Assembly: GCA_965287045.1 (NCBI GenBank)
Contig: OZ336873.1
Span: 44,764,001 to 44,828,000 of the forward strand
Length of the DNA: 64,000 bases
From: Carcharhinus amblyrhynchos
Taxonomy: Eukaryota
Direction: 5' to 3'
Under the pieces are notes generated by a model. The model saw only the letters and a program-made list of their open reading frames with translations, made no database searches and was not told where the DNA came from. A program made the position numbers and the translations under genes. Shown piece after piece: positions 26,346-38,590 of the stretch (position 1 is its first letter; each line of letters opens with the position of its first letter).

Positions 26346-28127
26346 CCTGTCTTAAAATGACAGATAGCACATGCACAATGGAGTCTTCCTGTCAGTTGTG
26401 GGATCCATTAGCAGATCTTTGAGAAGAGGAAATGTCTTCCAGTCATAATCCTGAGTTTTTCTTAGTATTTTCCCTCTCCAAATCTCTGTTTTGTAAATCA
26501 ACATTGGCCTTCCCCAACATTTCCATAGCAGAGGGGTCACAAATGCCCCAAATTCTTCGAACCTGTCTTTCCAGCTGCAACTTCTGCTTTGTGGAACATT
26601 TAGTGCAGTATTGCTCTTGATGTGGTTTTGCATATGGTCGGTAGCTCTTATAAATGTAAAAGCTGTTTCATTCACCATGTGAGCTGTTTCTACAGTGCTT
26701 TAAAATGTGCTACAGATGTGCTTTAAAACAAGTGTGTGTACAAACTTTGTGTATGTGCCATTTTAAAATAGCAGTCAACGGTCATTTCCCAGGGACTAAT
26801 GGCCTCCTCAGTGGCTGAGGAAGCTGTGTAAAAACCTGCAATGACAAAGCTGTTTTGATGGTAATCTGCACAGTGCTTCTTTTCATGGTCCATGCTGCTT
26901 CTGAATATAAGTCAAAGTAGTAAAATCTGTGCATGGTAAAATTATATTGTTTATATGCCAATTTACAAACAGTTGGTGCAATGTTTTGCTCCATAGCACT
27001 GTATTTACAGCTAGCAGGAAGTACTTAGAGGGTTTATGGCTCATTTACGCAATTGGCTACGACACTGATGTGTCCACCCTGAATTACTGAATATGCTGCC
27101 AAGTCGAGACCACACACCAGAAAAAAAAGATTGATTTGTATGAGGGCCACAACACGCACTTGAAATCTTCTCCCAAAAATTGCAGCTATGTGTACTTACA
27201 GGTGATTTATTCTTAATCCAAGATATTTTGTAATTATAGCATTATAGGTGGCATATATACTAAAACCTTGCTTGTTTCCAGCAGCTGTAGAATCTGTTCA
27301 GTGAATCTGTTTCTTTTCGTTCTAACTTTAGGGACACACTTGGTGCATCACTGTTTAAAATACATTGTGAGCAAATTCAAGAGTCCAGACGTCCACTGGT
27401 CTTCCTAATTAACAAATGCACTGACTTTGTCTTTTATGCCTTGCTGAGTTTTTTGTATCAGAAACTTCATGGATAAACAAGGAACCAATCTCAATAAGGT
27501 GGTTTACTGGGTCATATTGTCTGTTTTTCAAAAAAAATTGTTCCTTGCACTATTCAGTTATTTGAGTTGTAATTGGCCACTGAGCTGAGATATTGGGAAG
27601 TTGAGTGTGGTCAAATAAGTGAAACGTGTTTATCTTGAACCTTGGCACGCTTAGCCCCTGGATGAAGTATGTTCAAGTGATATGTGTCAAGTGTGTATTG
27701 TTCCAGACTGATCGATACTGCTGCTGAGCCAGCTCATTAATTGTTTATATGTTAATTGCATATAATAAACATTCAGGTTTGACTCCTGTGGTCTTTTATC
27801 CAAGGGCCTTGGGCTCAGCTCTGTCTCAGATGCAGTTGGTGTCACATGATTTTCAGCACTTGTGGATGGCTGAGGGGTGCACAGGTTATTGCTAAGTTAT
27901 ATTTATGTGATTGAGTTGGGCTGAAAGCATAGCAATTATAGACTGACTTGCGCTACAGAAGCACAACTGTTGATTTCAAACTGTTAATTCATTCCTGCCT
28001 TTTATTGCTTGTTACTTTAAGTTTAGTTTGGACACTCGTTACGAACCCAACCTGGAGGTGGAGAGAGGATGCCTCCATTTTGAAGTATCCTTTCCCTACC
28101 TACCTGCTATGGCATTCCCGATTCTAT

Positions 28128-28362
28128 GATGTGGAGATGCCGGCATTGGACTGGGGGTAAACACAGTAAGAAGTCTCACAACACCAGGCTGAAGTCCAAC
28201 AGGTTTATTTGGTAGCTCAAACCTTAGCTTTTGGAGCACTGCCCCTTCATCAGGGAAGTGGGAACTTCCACTTACCTGATGAAGAAGCAGCGCTCCGAAA
28301 GCTAGTGGCTTGTGCTACCAAATAAACCTGTGGGACTTTAACCTGGTGTTGTGAGACTTACT
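28128..28362. mobile_element. Penelope-like inverted pLTR hairpin element
   Basis: gatgtggagatgccggcattggactggggg extension followed by a near-perfect palindrome centred near 28260; hammerhead cores on both arms. Confidence 0.8.
28273..28307 (+). ncRNA. Minimal type I hammerhead ribozyme motif (PLE-associated)
   Basis: TAC-CTGATGA-A-GAAGC-AGC-GCTCC-GAAA-GCTA-GTG: core boxes intact, stem I TAC/GTG, stem II with one mismatch, loopless palindromic stem III, predicted CUA cleavage triplet. Confidence 0.6.
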
Positions 28363-29369
28363 GTATTTTTGATGCTGCCTTTGAGTTGGAAGGCCTCTGG
28401 CCCTCCACCTTCAAGCTCCAGCCCACCTTCCATTTTGCACAATGAGCCTGCCTTCTGGCCATTAATTGGCTGTTCTGGGGAAAATCACATTGTTCTCCTC
28501 AGAGTGTGGGCTTTTAACATCCACTTGAGCCTGATAGTAAGGTTCAGAAGTCTGTAGGCATAAACCTGCCTAAGATTTTACTTCATTACAAACCTTGAAA
28601 ATGATTTCTTTTAACCTCTCAAATCTCCTTTTAAAGAAGGTTCTCTTGCCCTCTTCTAAATTTCTTACATCATCTCATATCTATGGCTCCTTTTCTTTTT
28701 CCCTTAACTACTGGAAGCAGTTGGCTTTTATCTACCCATTCCCAACTTTATCTAATTTAAGAACTTCAGTTATAATGTCCTGTAATGTCTATTATCTAAT
28801 GATTATTTTTCGTTTTTAGTATTTGTATTTACTCACAGGCAATGTGCAATCAGTGAATCTGTCTTGTATCTTTCTAAAGTGTTAATATCCTGGCTATGGG
28901 TGCAAACCCAATCTTGTATTAATGCAACCTCATTAATCTTTACATAAACTTATCATTAATTCTTTTTTATATTCCATACTTTGCAAAAAAGCCCAATTTT
29001 GCCTTATGGACCTGAGGCACTGTTTTTAATCTCCTTTGAATCTCCTGTCTCCATGAAGTCCTTTTGATTTGCCACAGCACCAATCCCATTTATCGAGTTT
29101 ACTGCAAGTACTTTTTTATATCAAAAATGCACCATCTCACTTTTTTTTTGAAACTAAATTTAATCTACTAAAGCCAATCTGCACCGTTTTATCAATATGC
29201 CTAATCAATATAAACCAAACTTTTGAAGAATTAACAGAATGGTTTAGTTGCCATCAGAGTAAGGAATTCCACCAAAAACAACTTCCATCTAAATAGTGCC
29301 CCAAGTTCATAAAACGTAAAGGCAGGGATGTTCCCACTTTAAACGTCTTAGTCTCACTTGTATGTTCTC

Positions 29370-29810
29370 TGGCCACCTTCTTTATCCCCCTTCTTGACCA
29401 CTGTCTGAGACTAAACCAAAGTCTTGGTGCCTTGTTTGACCTCGTGATTTGCACCACATATTTGCTTTATCCTCAGGCCAGCTGCTTCCACTTCTGTAAC
29501 ATTGCCTCTGACTCTTCATTTGTTGTTAAAAACTTCACCATGGCTTTCTAACCACTAGACTATATTCTGCTGTCCAGGTAAGCTTTCCATCTTCCATGCT
29601 TCATAAATGTAAGCTCATCCAAATTCTGCTGCTTGTATGCTAACTCAAACCAAGTTCCTTTCGCCCATCATCCTTGTACTTGCTGACCCACCTTGGGTTC
29701 CAATTCAGCAGTGGCTCAACTTCAAAATTCTCAATCCTGTTTTCAAGTCCCTTCACAGCCTCACCCTTCCCTTTCTTTGTAACACTGAGTTCTTACAACT
29801 TTAAGATATT
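29370..29810 (+). mobile_element. L2 LINE 3' region, host of nested insertions; continues at 30562-30631 and 33134-33330
   Basis: aagctcatccaaattctgctgct...cccatcatccttgtacttgctgacc L2 motif; reads through when the inserts are removed. Confidence 0.7.
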
Positions 29811-29814
29811 AATA

Positions 29815-30560
29815 AATAAGATGTAGGACACTGAAGAGTGTGGTAGAACAGAGGGGTCTGGGAGTACAGATACATAATTCCCTAAAAGTGGCGTCACAGG
29901 TAGATAGGGTCTAAAGAGTGCCTTTGGAACACTGGCCTTTATAAATCAAAGTATTGAGTATAAGAGTTGGAATGTTATGGTGAGGTTGTATAAGACATTG
30001 GTGAGGCCAAATTTAGAGTATTGTGTGCAGTTTTGGTCACCTAATTACAGGAAGGGTATTAATAAGATTGAAAGAGTGCAGAGAAGATTTACAAGCAAGT
30101 TGCCGGGACTTGAGAAACTGAGGTACAGAGAAAGGTTGAATAGATTAGGACTTTAATCCCTGGAGCGTAGAAGAATGAGGGGAGATTTGATAGAGGTGGA
30201 TAAAATGATGATGGGTATAGATAGAGTGAATGCGAGCAGGCTTTTTCCACTGAGGCTAAGGGAGAAAAAAGAAACTAGAGGATATGGATTAAGGGTGAAA
30301 AGGGGAAAGTTTTAAAGGGAATATTAGAGGGGACTTCTTCACACGGAGAGTGGTGGGAGTATGGAATGAGCTGCCAGATGAAGTGATAAATGCAGGCTCA
30401 TTTTTAACATTTAAGAAAAACTTGGACAGGTACGTGGATGAGAGGGGTGTGGAGGGATATGATCCAGGTGCAGGTCAGTGCAACTATGCAGAAAAATGGT
30501 TTGGCACAGCCAAGAAGGACCAAAAGGCCTATTTCTGTGCTGTAGTGTTCTGTGGTTCTA
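29815..30560 (+). mobile_element. Relatively young CR1 LINE 3' fragment
   Basis: LYKTLVRPNLEYCVQFWSPNYRKGINKIERVQRRFT and VGVWNELPDEV. Confidence 0.9.
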
Positions 30561-30631
30561 TATCTGTGCCCCTTCCATTAGGGCTGCTTTTGTGCATCTT
30601 TGATTTTAATTATCCCACCATTGGGCAAGCC

Positions 30632-33133
30632 TGCTTCAGGTAATGGGTAAAGTGGCTTCTGCCGCCTCCTTTTGCTCTCAAAGGAATGATATCAGAGGTC
30701 ATTTGACATGGGTCACATGATTATGGCAAACCACAGTACACACCAGGCAACTGTGCACAAAGGCATTTCTCCAAACATTCCCCAGTTTGTAAAAAGAGGA
30801 AAAATCACAAGGTACTTGTAGTTGCAAGTTACACACATACATGGTCTATGAAGAAAGTTATCACATGCAAATAAAATTGTTCATTCCTAGCCTGTTTCAC
30901 TTTCATCTGTCTCTACACATGCACTGCATACAATCTTTAAAGAGTTCAGGTCTTTAATGGTAGCCATGCAAGTTTTTATTGTTGTTTGTCTGGTGTCTGC
31001 TGGTTCCTGGGTGACTTCACCTTTCACTGTCAGTGAGTATTGCTGCTAATCTGCTGCTTGTACTTAAAATGATATCACTTCAAATAAAGTAACATTCTTT
31101 TGTAGATGCTTTGGAGCAAATAAATGCAGTTTAATAAAGATGTTTTGAAGTGGTTTGTGGTCAGGCTCAACCATTACTTTCTTTTTTCCAGATAGAAAGA
31201 TTAAAATGATTGCTCACAAGCAAAGACAATAGCCAGGCAAGGCATTCTTCTTGATCTCTGTGTAGCATTGTTCAGTTTGTGTTAATGCTCTTAATGCAAA
31301 TGCAACTGATTGTCCTTGATGCACGAGGGTTGCTTCAAGTCCTGTTGCAATGGCATCACACTGCAGTGTGCCTTTGTCTTTGACATCATAGTACCTTAGC
31401 ACTTGCCTTGTCGTCACTAGTTGTTTGATGCAAGTGATGTCTGCTTCCTTGTTCTGTGCCCCAGGAACACTGATCATTCTTTGCAGTGAACTTGCAGAGT
31501 TGCACACTCTAACACGAACAGGCAAGATAGGTTGGTAGTTCACAAATCCTACAAATCATGGAACTGCCTTCACATGTTGATTGCTGCATTTCAGCTACAC
31601 CCTTGAAAAGGTGGTGGTGAACTGCCTCCTTGAACCGCTGCAGCCTAAGTGGTGTTGGTACACCCACTGTACGCTACAGAGGGAATTTCAGGATTTTGAC
31701 CCAGCGGTAGTGTGGGAATGGTGATATATTTCCAAGTCAGAATGCTGAGTTGCTTGGAGGGGAATTTCCAGGTGGTGGTATTCCCATGTGTGTGCTTTTG
31801 ATTTTGTTTCTTCTGAAATGAGAGGTTTTGCCCATTGTCTATGAGCTAGAACTGGAGATCTCCTTTCCTCCCCTTGCATTGGGCTCTTGGCCTAGTTTAC
31901 TCTCTCGGGATAGCATTGTTCTAACACGAAGCCTGAACTTTACCTCAAATGGTTTCATATTCCTGTAACCATCTTGACCAACTTCACATACGTCTACAAT
32001 GCTTATGATGTTGCATGGAGCGTGGGTTCTATCACCTTGCATTAACTTGATGCTGTCCTGAAGTTAGCATTCCAATGGTTACAAACCATTTTTTACCTGG
32101 AGACTTGAAGGTGCCACCTTTTCTAGGGTCTAGGGTGATTCATCAGAAACGGTGTCTGACATTTCTCTAGCAACCATCTTTATGCGCTTGCTTTTCTTTC
32201 CAGCAAAACACTTGCCTGCAAACTGATTCAGCTCCTTGCAGTTGGAACACTGCATTCCCCACACTGAACATGCTTCCTTTTTTAATGTGGTGACCACTGC
32301 AATATTTACATCCTGTACACTGGCCTTGATCTTTCTACAGGCTCCTCTGAAAATAATGCTCCTTTTCTTGTGATTGGAGGCCTGATCTTCCTCTCTGCAC
32401 AGTGCAAATACTGTTTATTTAATGAATAATCACTTAAGATCTTCTGCGTACGTCAGTAGCTTTCTTGAGAGTATGTTTCTCTCCTGTCAACAGATATTCC
32501 CACATGGGGGGCGAGGGGCCTTGTTCCCAAGACAGGCTTATCTTTGATCATTCTTCAGTTATTCAAACTCAAGACTCAGTTATACATCTCCATGCAATCA
32601 TACACTGATCAGTATTTTCCCCGTCTTCCAGAGCACTGGTATTGAATGCGCAGCATTTATAAGTAACATCAATAGAGGGTTCAAATTGAGTCTTCAAGGC
32701 CTCCAATATTTCACAAGACTGGCCCTTCTGATCCACTGATCCTGGAGGTGCTGTGGGATACAATACAGCTCATAATATTCTTTGACTCGCTTGCTCACTC
32801 ACTTCTTGGCAATTTCATTATTCTGTTATTGTGTTGAGAATTTTCAATTAATTTTCAAATCCCATCTCCATTGTAATCCAACATCTGTACAAAATTGCAG
32901 CCTGAAATTTGAATTATTCTTTATGACAGCTGGCCCTTTTTCAGTGATCAAGATCCACTCAGTTTCAGCAACACACTCCTGACACCGTGTTCCATGTGGT
33001 GGACAAAATGATTTTGGCTTGAATCTTTTACACTCAAAGGAATGATATCAGGGGTCAAAGGACTCTGGTCACATGACTATGTTAAGCCACAGTACAGAAC
33101 AGGCAGCTGTGGACTTCACGGCTTCTCCAAAGA
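30632..33133 (-). mobile_element. Decayed, internally deleted Ty3/Gypsy LTR retrotransposon
   Basis: 146-bp LTRs at 30632-30777 and 32988-33133; TSD aagcc/atgcc; PBS next to the right LTR; purine tract next to the left LTR; gag and Zn-knuckle remnants; RNase H-like VLRYYDVKDKGTLQCDA...VAFALRALTQTEQCY. Confidence 0.85.
31600..31860 (-). mobile_element. LINE 3' fragment inserted in the Gypsy element
   Basis: ccttgaaaaggtggtggtgaactgcctccttgaaccgctgcag is the reverse complement of the LINE end seen at 5290-5345 and 38110-38200. Confidence 0.65.
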
Positions 33134-33402
33134 ATGCCTTCAGATGCCTAGGTCACATACTCTGGGATTCACTCCCGTGCTCCTTCAGTGACAATCGACC
33201 TGCTTCAGATACTTGAGCTGTGCTGGCCACTCCTAATACTCTAATTCATGATCTGACTGAAACATGATTTTGCACCATTTACTTTTGTCGCAGAGAACAG
33301 TTTGAGAGTCTATTTCCTGATTAGTTCTGAGCAACAATTTTAAAACCAAATACAAGAGAAGGCTGAGCAGAGCCAGTCAACTTACAAATAGCTTACAAAT
33401 AT

Positions 33403-33740
33403 GGGTAGCAGAATGGTTAGCACTTCTTCCTCACAGCGCCAGGGACCCAGGTTCGATTCCCGGTTTGGGTCATTGTCTCTGTGCAGTTTGTATGTTCTCC
33501 CCGTGTTTATGTGGCTTTCCTCCGGATGCTCTGGTTTCCTTCCACAGTCTAAAAGACGTGTTGGTTAGGTGCATTGACCGTGCCCAATTCTCCCTCTGTG
33601 TACTCTCACAGGCGCCAAATTGTGGCGATTAGGGAATTCTCACTGTAACTTTGCAGTGTTAATGTAAGTCTACTTATGACACTAATAAATAAACTTTTAA
33701 AAAAACTTTAGAACTTTAAAACTTTAACTTTAAACTTAAT
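33403..33740 (+). mobile_element. V-SINE with a non-HE1 3' tail and (AACTTT)-like terminal repeats
   Basis: Head and V-domain match 16311-16500, but the sequence diverges after about 33590. Confidence 0.75.
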
Positions 33741-34179
33741 AAAAACTCTTTCTAAGTGAAGAATTATGTGAAAGTTCCAATAATTGTAGTTTCCAGGATG
33801 CTGCCCTATGTTATGTGAAGTTCTGTGTTGTGGAAAGATTTATTTGTTAGTTTGTACCAAGCCTCTACAATAGAGGCAGCACAATGCTAACTCAAAAAAG
33901 ATTCATTAAATGGTATGTTCCAATGAACTATATGACGATACATGTGCCAATGAGAGCTCTTTCATCCAGGCAATGTGTGTCCATTAACCTTTGTCACTAA
34001 CTACTAAGAGTTTATTGTAGATGTTGTTGGGGGGCAGTACCCAGTGCAACAATCTGTGTCATAAAAACTTTACTACATTTAATGTTTCTCTTTTTAGATA
34101 AGAAATTGGAACTCTTTAAAATCTCTAAATCTAGTCTATTGCAAGCTGTATGATTTGGTTAGTAAAAATGTGGCTAGTG

Positions 34180-34885
34180 ATTTGATTTGATTTATTATTG
34201 TCATGTATTAACATACAGTGAAAAGTATTGTTTCTTGCATGCTATACAGACAAAACATACTGTTCATAGAGACAGAAACGAGAGTGTGCAGAATGTAGTG
34301 TTACAGTCATTGATGGATGTAGAGAAACATCAACTTAATGCAAGATAAGTCCATTCAAAAGTCTGACAGCAGCAGGGAAGAAGCTGTTCTTGAGTCAGTT
34401 GGTACGTGACCTCAAACTTTTGTATCTTTTTCCCGAAGGAAGAAGGTGGAAGAGAAAATGTCTGGCGTGTGTGGGGTCCTTATTTATGCTGGCTGCTTTG
34501 TCAAGGCAGCGGGAAATATTAGATAGAGTCAATGGATGGGAGGCTGGTTTGTGTGATGGATTGGGCTATATTCACAACCTTTTGTAGTTCCTTGCGGTCC
34601 TGGGCAGAGCAGGAAGCTGTGATTATAACCAGAAAGGAATGCTTTCTATGGTGCATCTGTAGAAGACGGTGAGTGTCATAGCTGACATGCCAAATTTCCT
34701 TAGTCTTCTGAGAAAGTAGAGGCGTTGGTGGTTGGTGGGCTTTCTTAACTATAGTGTTGACATGGTGGGGGCCAGGACAGGTTGTTGGTGATGTGGATAC
34801 CTAAAAACTTGGAGCTCTCGACCTTTTCTACTTTGTTCCTGTTGATGTAGACAGGGGCATGTTCTCCCCTACGCTTCCTGAAGTC
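34180..34885 (-). mobile_element. Rex-Babar/L2-like LINE 3' fragment
   Basis: Minus strand encodes KFLGIHITNNLSW and RLYFLRRLRKFGMSAMTLTVFYRCTIES; (AAATC)n tail. Confidence 0.75.
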
Positions 34886-34964
34886 GGAGCAAAATAGATC
34901 AAATTTTCTGCCCCATCACAATTCTGATGCTCAGCACTAGACAGTGCACATCAATGACAGTGGT

Positions 34965-35335
34965 TGCATTTATGTAGTATCCTGTATGTCTTTGGGCCAT
35001 CCGAAAATGCTTCACAGGTAAATAATTGATTTTTCCATGTTATGTAAGGTGAATGTGGTAACCAGATTGTGCACAGCGAAATCTCTGATACTGAAATGAG
35101 CTAACTGACTGGCTTTTCCAGTTTGTTAGTGTTGGATTGTTGCAAATCATGGCCAGGGTGCTGAGTGAACTCCTCTATCCTCTTCTGAATACCACAATGG
35201 AATTTTGGTCATCCACCAGAGTAGGCAGACAAGGCTATGGTCCAATGTTGAATCCAGAAGTCTGCATCTCGGGTAGTACCACAGTCTCTCAGTTTAAAGT
35301 GTGCTGTCAGCTGCTTTGATTCTGTTCGAGTCTCA
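34965..35335 (-). mobile_element. SacSINE1-like DeuSINE, decayed
   Basis: Collinear with 13525-13912 and 58490-58875. Confidence 0.6.
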
Positions 35336-35925
35336 TATAAACAAGGAGGAAGGAATCGGCTGTGGCTTGTAAGGTTCCCTTGTGGGAATCGCCAGTCGTC
35401 ACTTACTGTCTAGACATGCACATGAAGAATGTCCACTTTTGACAAGGAACTGTAAAGTACCTGGTGGTGTTAGAGCTGAACTTCCATCAATCAGTGTCTT
35501 CAGAAGAGGAGGGTGTTAAATTGTGGGCCAGAGGGAGGCAAAAGATCAGTCCCATTATACGAGCATCACTGTTAGTAGAATACTTCGTACCTCAGCTATG
35601 GATCTCATGAATTGACATTCAAGTAAACTCTGTCTCCAGTCCAAACAAACCTCAAATATGTTGCTCAATCATTTATCAATGAAATGTGTAAAATATAAGA
35701 CCTTTTGTAGGTTCCTGAGAAACTCATGTTTCTAAAGTATATGGGTAATTTTGCTTAAAATAAATAAAAAGTAGTGCATTATCAGTAGGCTCCTAGATAT
35801 AAAAGCCTCCTTGAACCTGGATTTGAAGACCTATGCACTACATTGTCTGCTTAATAAAGTCCAAATGTGGCTGCGTCTACAGCATCATTCTGGCCAAGTA
35901 GATGACTGGTTTATTTTTGTTGCAG

Positions 35926-36075
35926 ATTGATGAGCTTTATGAATCTTACTGCATCCAGCGAAGATTACGAGATGGCGCAAACAACATGGTGCGGGCCTAT
36001 TCTGTGTCTCAAACCAGCAAAGAAGCAAGGGAAAGCTTAGCTGAAGCCAACAAGGGCTACAAAGAATATACGGAG
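35926..36075 (+). CDS. RIPOR1: RIPOR1 coding exon 6 ([50 protein letters not shown])
   Basis: ttgcag acceptor, gtaaag donor, 150 nt; conserved coiled-coil region; visible in ORF 35902..36102. Confidence 0.96.
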
Positions 36076-36699
36076 GTAAAGCTAGGAACTGAAAGATTGT
36101 AACTGGGAAATAAGAAAATGATACTGAGCTTGGTGGCTGAATCTTTTGAAGCATAAGTGCAATAGCATTTCCTTGATACTGTGATGTTGAAAGTCATTAC
36201 ATATTGTGTTATTGAGATGTACAGCTTAGGACTGGCCCTGCTTCTGTACTGTTAGCTGATAATGGTGACTACACTTCAAAGCTAATGACAAAGCTTTTAA
36301 ACTAGTTTTTGGGATATACTGAGATCATGTACAAAAGAAATGCAAACTATTTTCACAGCTATTCTAAATTTCATGTTGCTAATTTAATTCTATATCCTCT
36401 AGCCGACCTTCTTGAAATTGTTTCCCTTATTGATACCATTTAGTATTGTCTTTATTTTTAAGAGATTTTCAACTTTCACATTTGGAAGTTGAATTTTCTC
36501 TTTGATATATTTGCAGGATAAAAAGAAACTTCATGCTGCATTGAGTTCAAGTACCCAGCTGAACTGTTTTAACCTGGTTTTGCTTTAATCCATATATACA
36601 TACATGCACAAATGGCCACGAGAGTGCTATTTTATTCACTGCTCATCTCCTTTCCATTGGGGATCAGTACTGTTTTCACACTGTTTTCTCTAATAAAGG

Positions 36700-36935
36700 T
36701 AAAATAATGTGGGTACTGGAAATATGAAGTAAAAATGTTTTAAAGTTTCAAGTCGAAGTCCTGTCAGCATCTGTGGAGAGAGAAAAATGGGGTTGATGTT
36801 TCAAGTCAAATATGACTCTTTTTGAGAACTGGAAGTTCCAGTTCTGAAGAGCTATCACTTGAAACATTAGATCTATTCCTCAGTCCATTGACACTGCCAG
36901 GACTTCTGAGTATTTCCAGCCCTTTCTGTTTTTAT
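36700..36935. mobile_element. Penelope-like hairpin element (second family)
   Basis: Imperfect palindrome centred on gaactggaagttccagttc; degenerate CTGAAGA...GAAAC core. Confidence 0.55.
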
Positions 36936-37047
36936 CTGTCTTCTCTGATACTTGTAAATCTTGCACCATTGGCAGTCAAAACTGAACTTAAAGTGTGGTC
37001 TGACTGGTACATTTTAACTTTTGTTAATTTTTAAAACAAAAGAATAA

Positions 37048-37850
37048 ACTTGCATTGATATAGCACTTTTGCAATCTTTGCAAAGGAATTTAGAAGTGTA
37101 GTCAATGAAGGTATTGTAACTAATTGTACACAGCTGGTTCCCAAAACAGCAATGAAATAAATGACCAGTTTATGTTTTAGTCATGTTGGTTAAGGGATGA
37201 ATATTAACTGTGAAAGCACTAGTGGTAATATCACTGGATGAGCAATCTAGAAACTCAGGGGAATGACCTGGGTTCAAATCCCACCATTGCAGGTGGTGAA
37301 ATTTGAATTCAACAAAAATCTGGAATTAAAAGTTTAACCATGAAACCATTGCCTATTTTTTTTTATTATATATATAAAAACTCGTTCACTAATATCCTTT
37401 AGGGAAGGAAATCTGCCTCCCTTAATTGATCTGGCCTACATGTGACTCCAGATCCATAGCAATGTGGTTGATTCTTAAATGTCCCCTTAACAAGGGCAGC
37501 TAGGAATGGGCAAGAAATGCAGGCCCAGCCACTGACACCCACGTCCCGTGACGAGTGAAAAAAAAAATTCCCTGTTATTTCAAACCAGTGCTGTGGGATC
37601 ATCAGTGCCCACCTGAGAGGGCAAACAGCAGGGTTCCCCCTAATTTTAGTTTGCTTGACTGCAGAGTTTTAAAGTTTGCTGTGCTCCTCCACAGTTTAGA
37701 ACAATGTTGACAGGGCTATAGTTTAACATGACATGCAAAAGATGGCAGTTCCACTATTACAGCTCTCCCTCTTATTATACATTGGAAATGATGTTCCTGG
37801 AGTGTGTCACTGAATCCCAACACCTACAGAGGATGGAATTGTGAACCCAT
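37048..37850 (-). mobile_element. SacSINE1-like DeuSINE split by a family-B SINE
   Basis: Deu-like sequence at 37048-37210 resumes near 37570 (gggatc...cccacctgagagggca). Confidence 0.6.
37215..37567 (+). mobile_element. tRNA-headed SINE (family B)
   Basis: tagtggtaatatcactgga A-box, gggttcaaatccc B-box, poly-A end. Confidence 0.75.
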
Positions 37851-38526
37851 TCACCGCCAATTAATGACCCAAGGAGAGCTAAGTGGCGATTTTCAAATTG
37901 GAAGTTCCCAAACCTGAACAGTCTGGGTGCATGTTAGTTCACAGCTGTCAGGCTTAATGTAGAGAGCTGTGAAGTTTTTGTTCAGACTCGAACTATTTTT
38001 GCCATCAGTGGTTTTGCTGCAAGATTCGATGCAGTATAGTTTAGTTGGCCATTTGATGCAACCTCTGAGCACTAAGACTTCTGGTCCTCCGAATTTCCCT
38101 GTCCTGTGCATTACAGGCAGTTCATCACCACCTTCTCGAGGGATGGGCAATAAATGCTGACCAGCCAGCGAAGCCCATGTCCCACAAATGAATGAAAAAA
38201 AGATCTGTCATGGCTGCCATCTACTCTTGACACTTCTGATCCAACAGGCATCACCCACCTCCACACAGAGCTTAGTGCCAGTAATTGAGCAACAATTGGC
38301 CTGCGGCCCAGTGATTTGTAGATCATTTGTAGATCGCAATGCCTGAGATGCGAAGATATAATGTGGTCTCACGATCTAGAAATAATCTGGACATTGGATT
38401 CCCAGGCCTGAATTGAAAATCAAATCTGAGGCATGCAATGTCTTAATTTATTGGCTTTGTTGTTAACATTGAAATCCAAATATTCTATATCGGACCAAAG
38501 TGAAAAGGCCCCTTTCTTTTACCCAG

Positions 38527-38590
38527 AGTATGTGCACAATGGAGAGTGAGCTGGAGAACCAGTTAGGAGAATTCCATGTCAAAATGAAAG
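38527..38590 (+). CDS. RIPOR1: RIPOR1 coding exon 7 (SMCTMESELENQLGEFHVKMK-G)
   Basis: acccag acceptor, gtgagt donor, 64 nt, phase 0/1. Confidence 0.95.
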
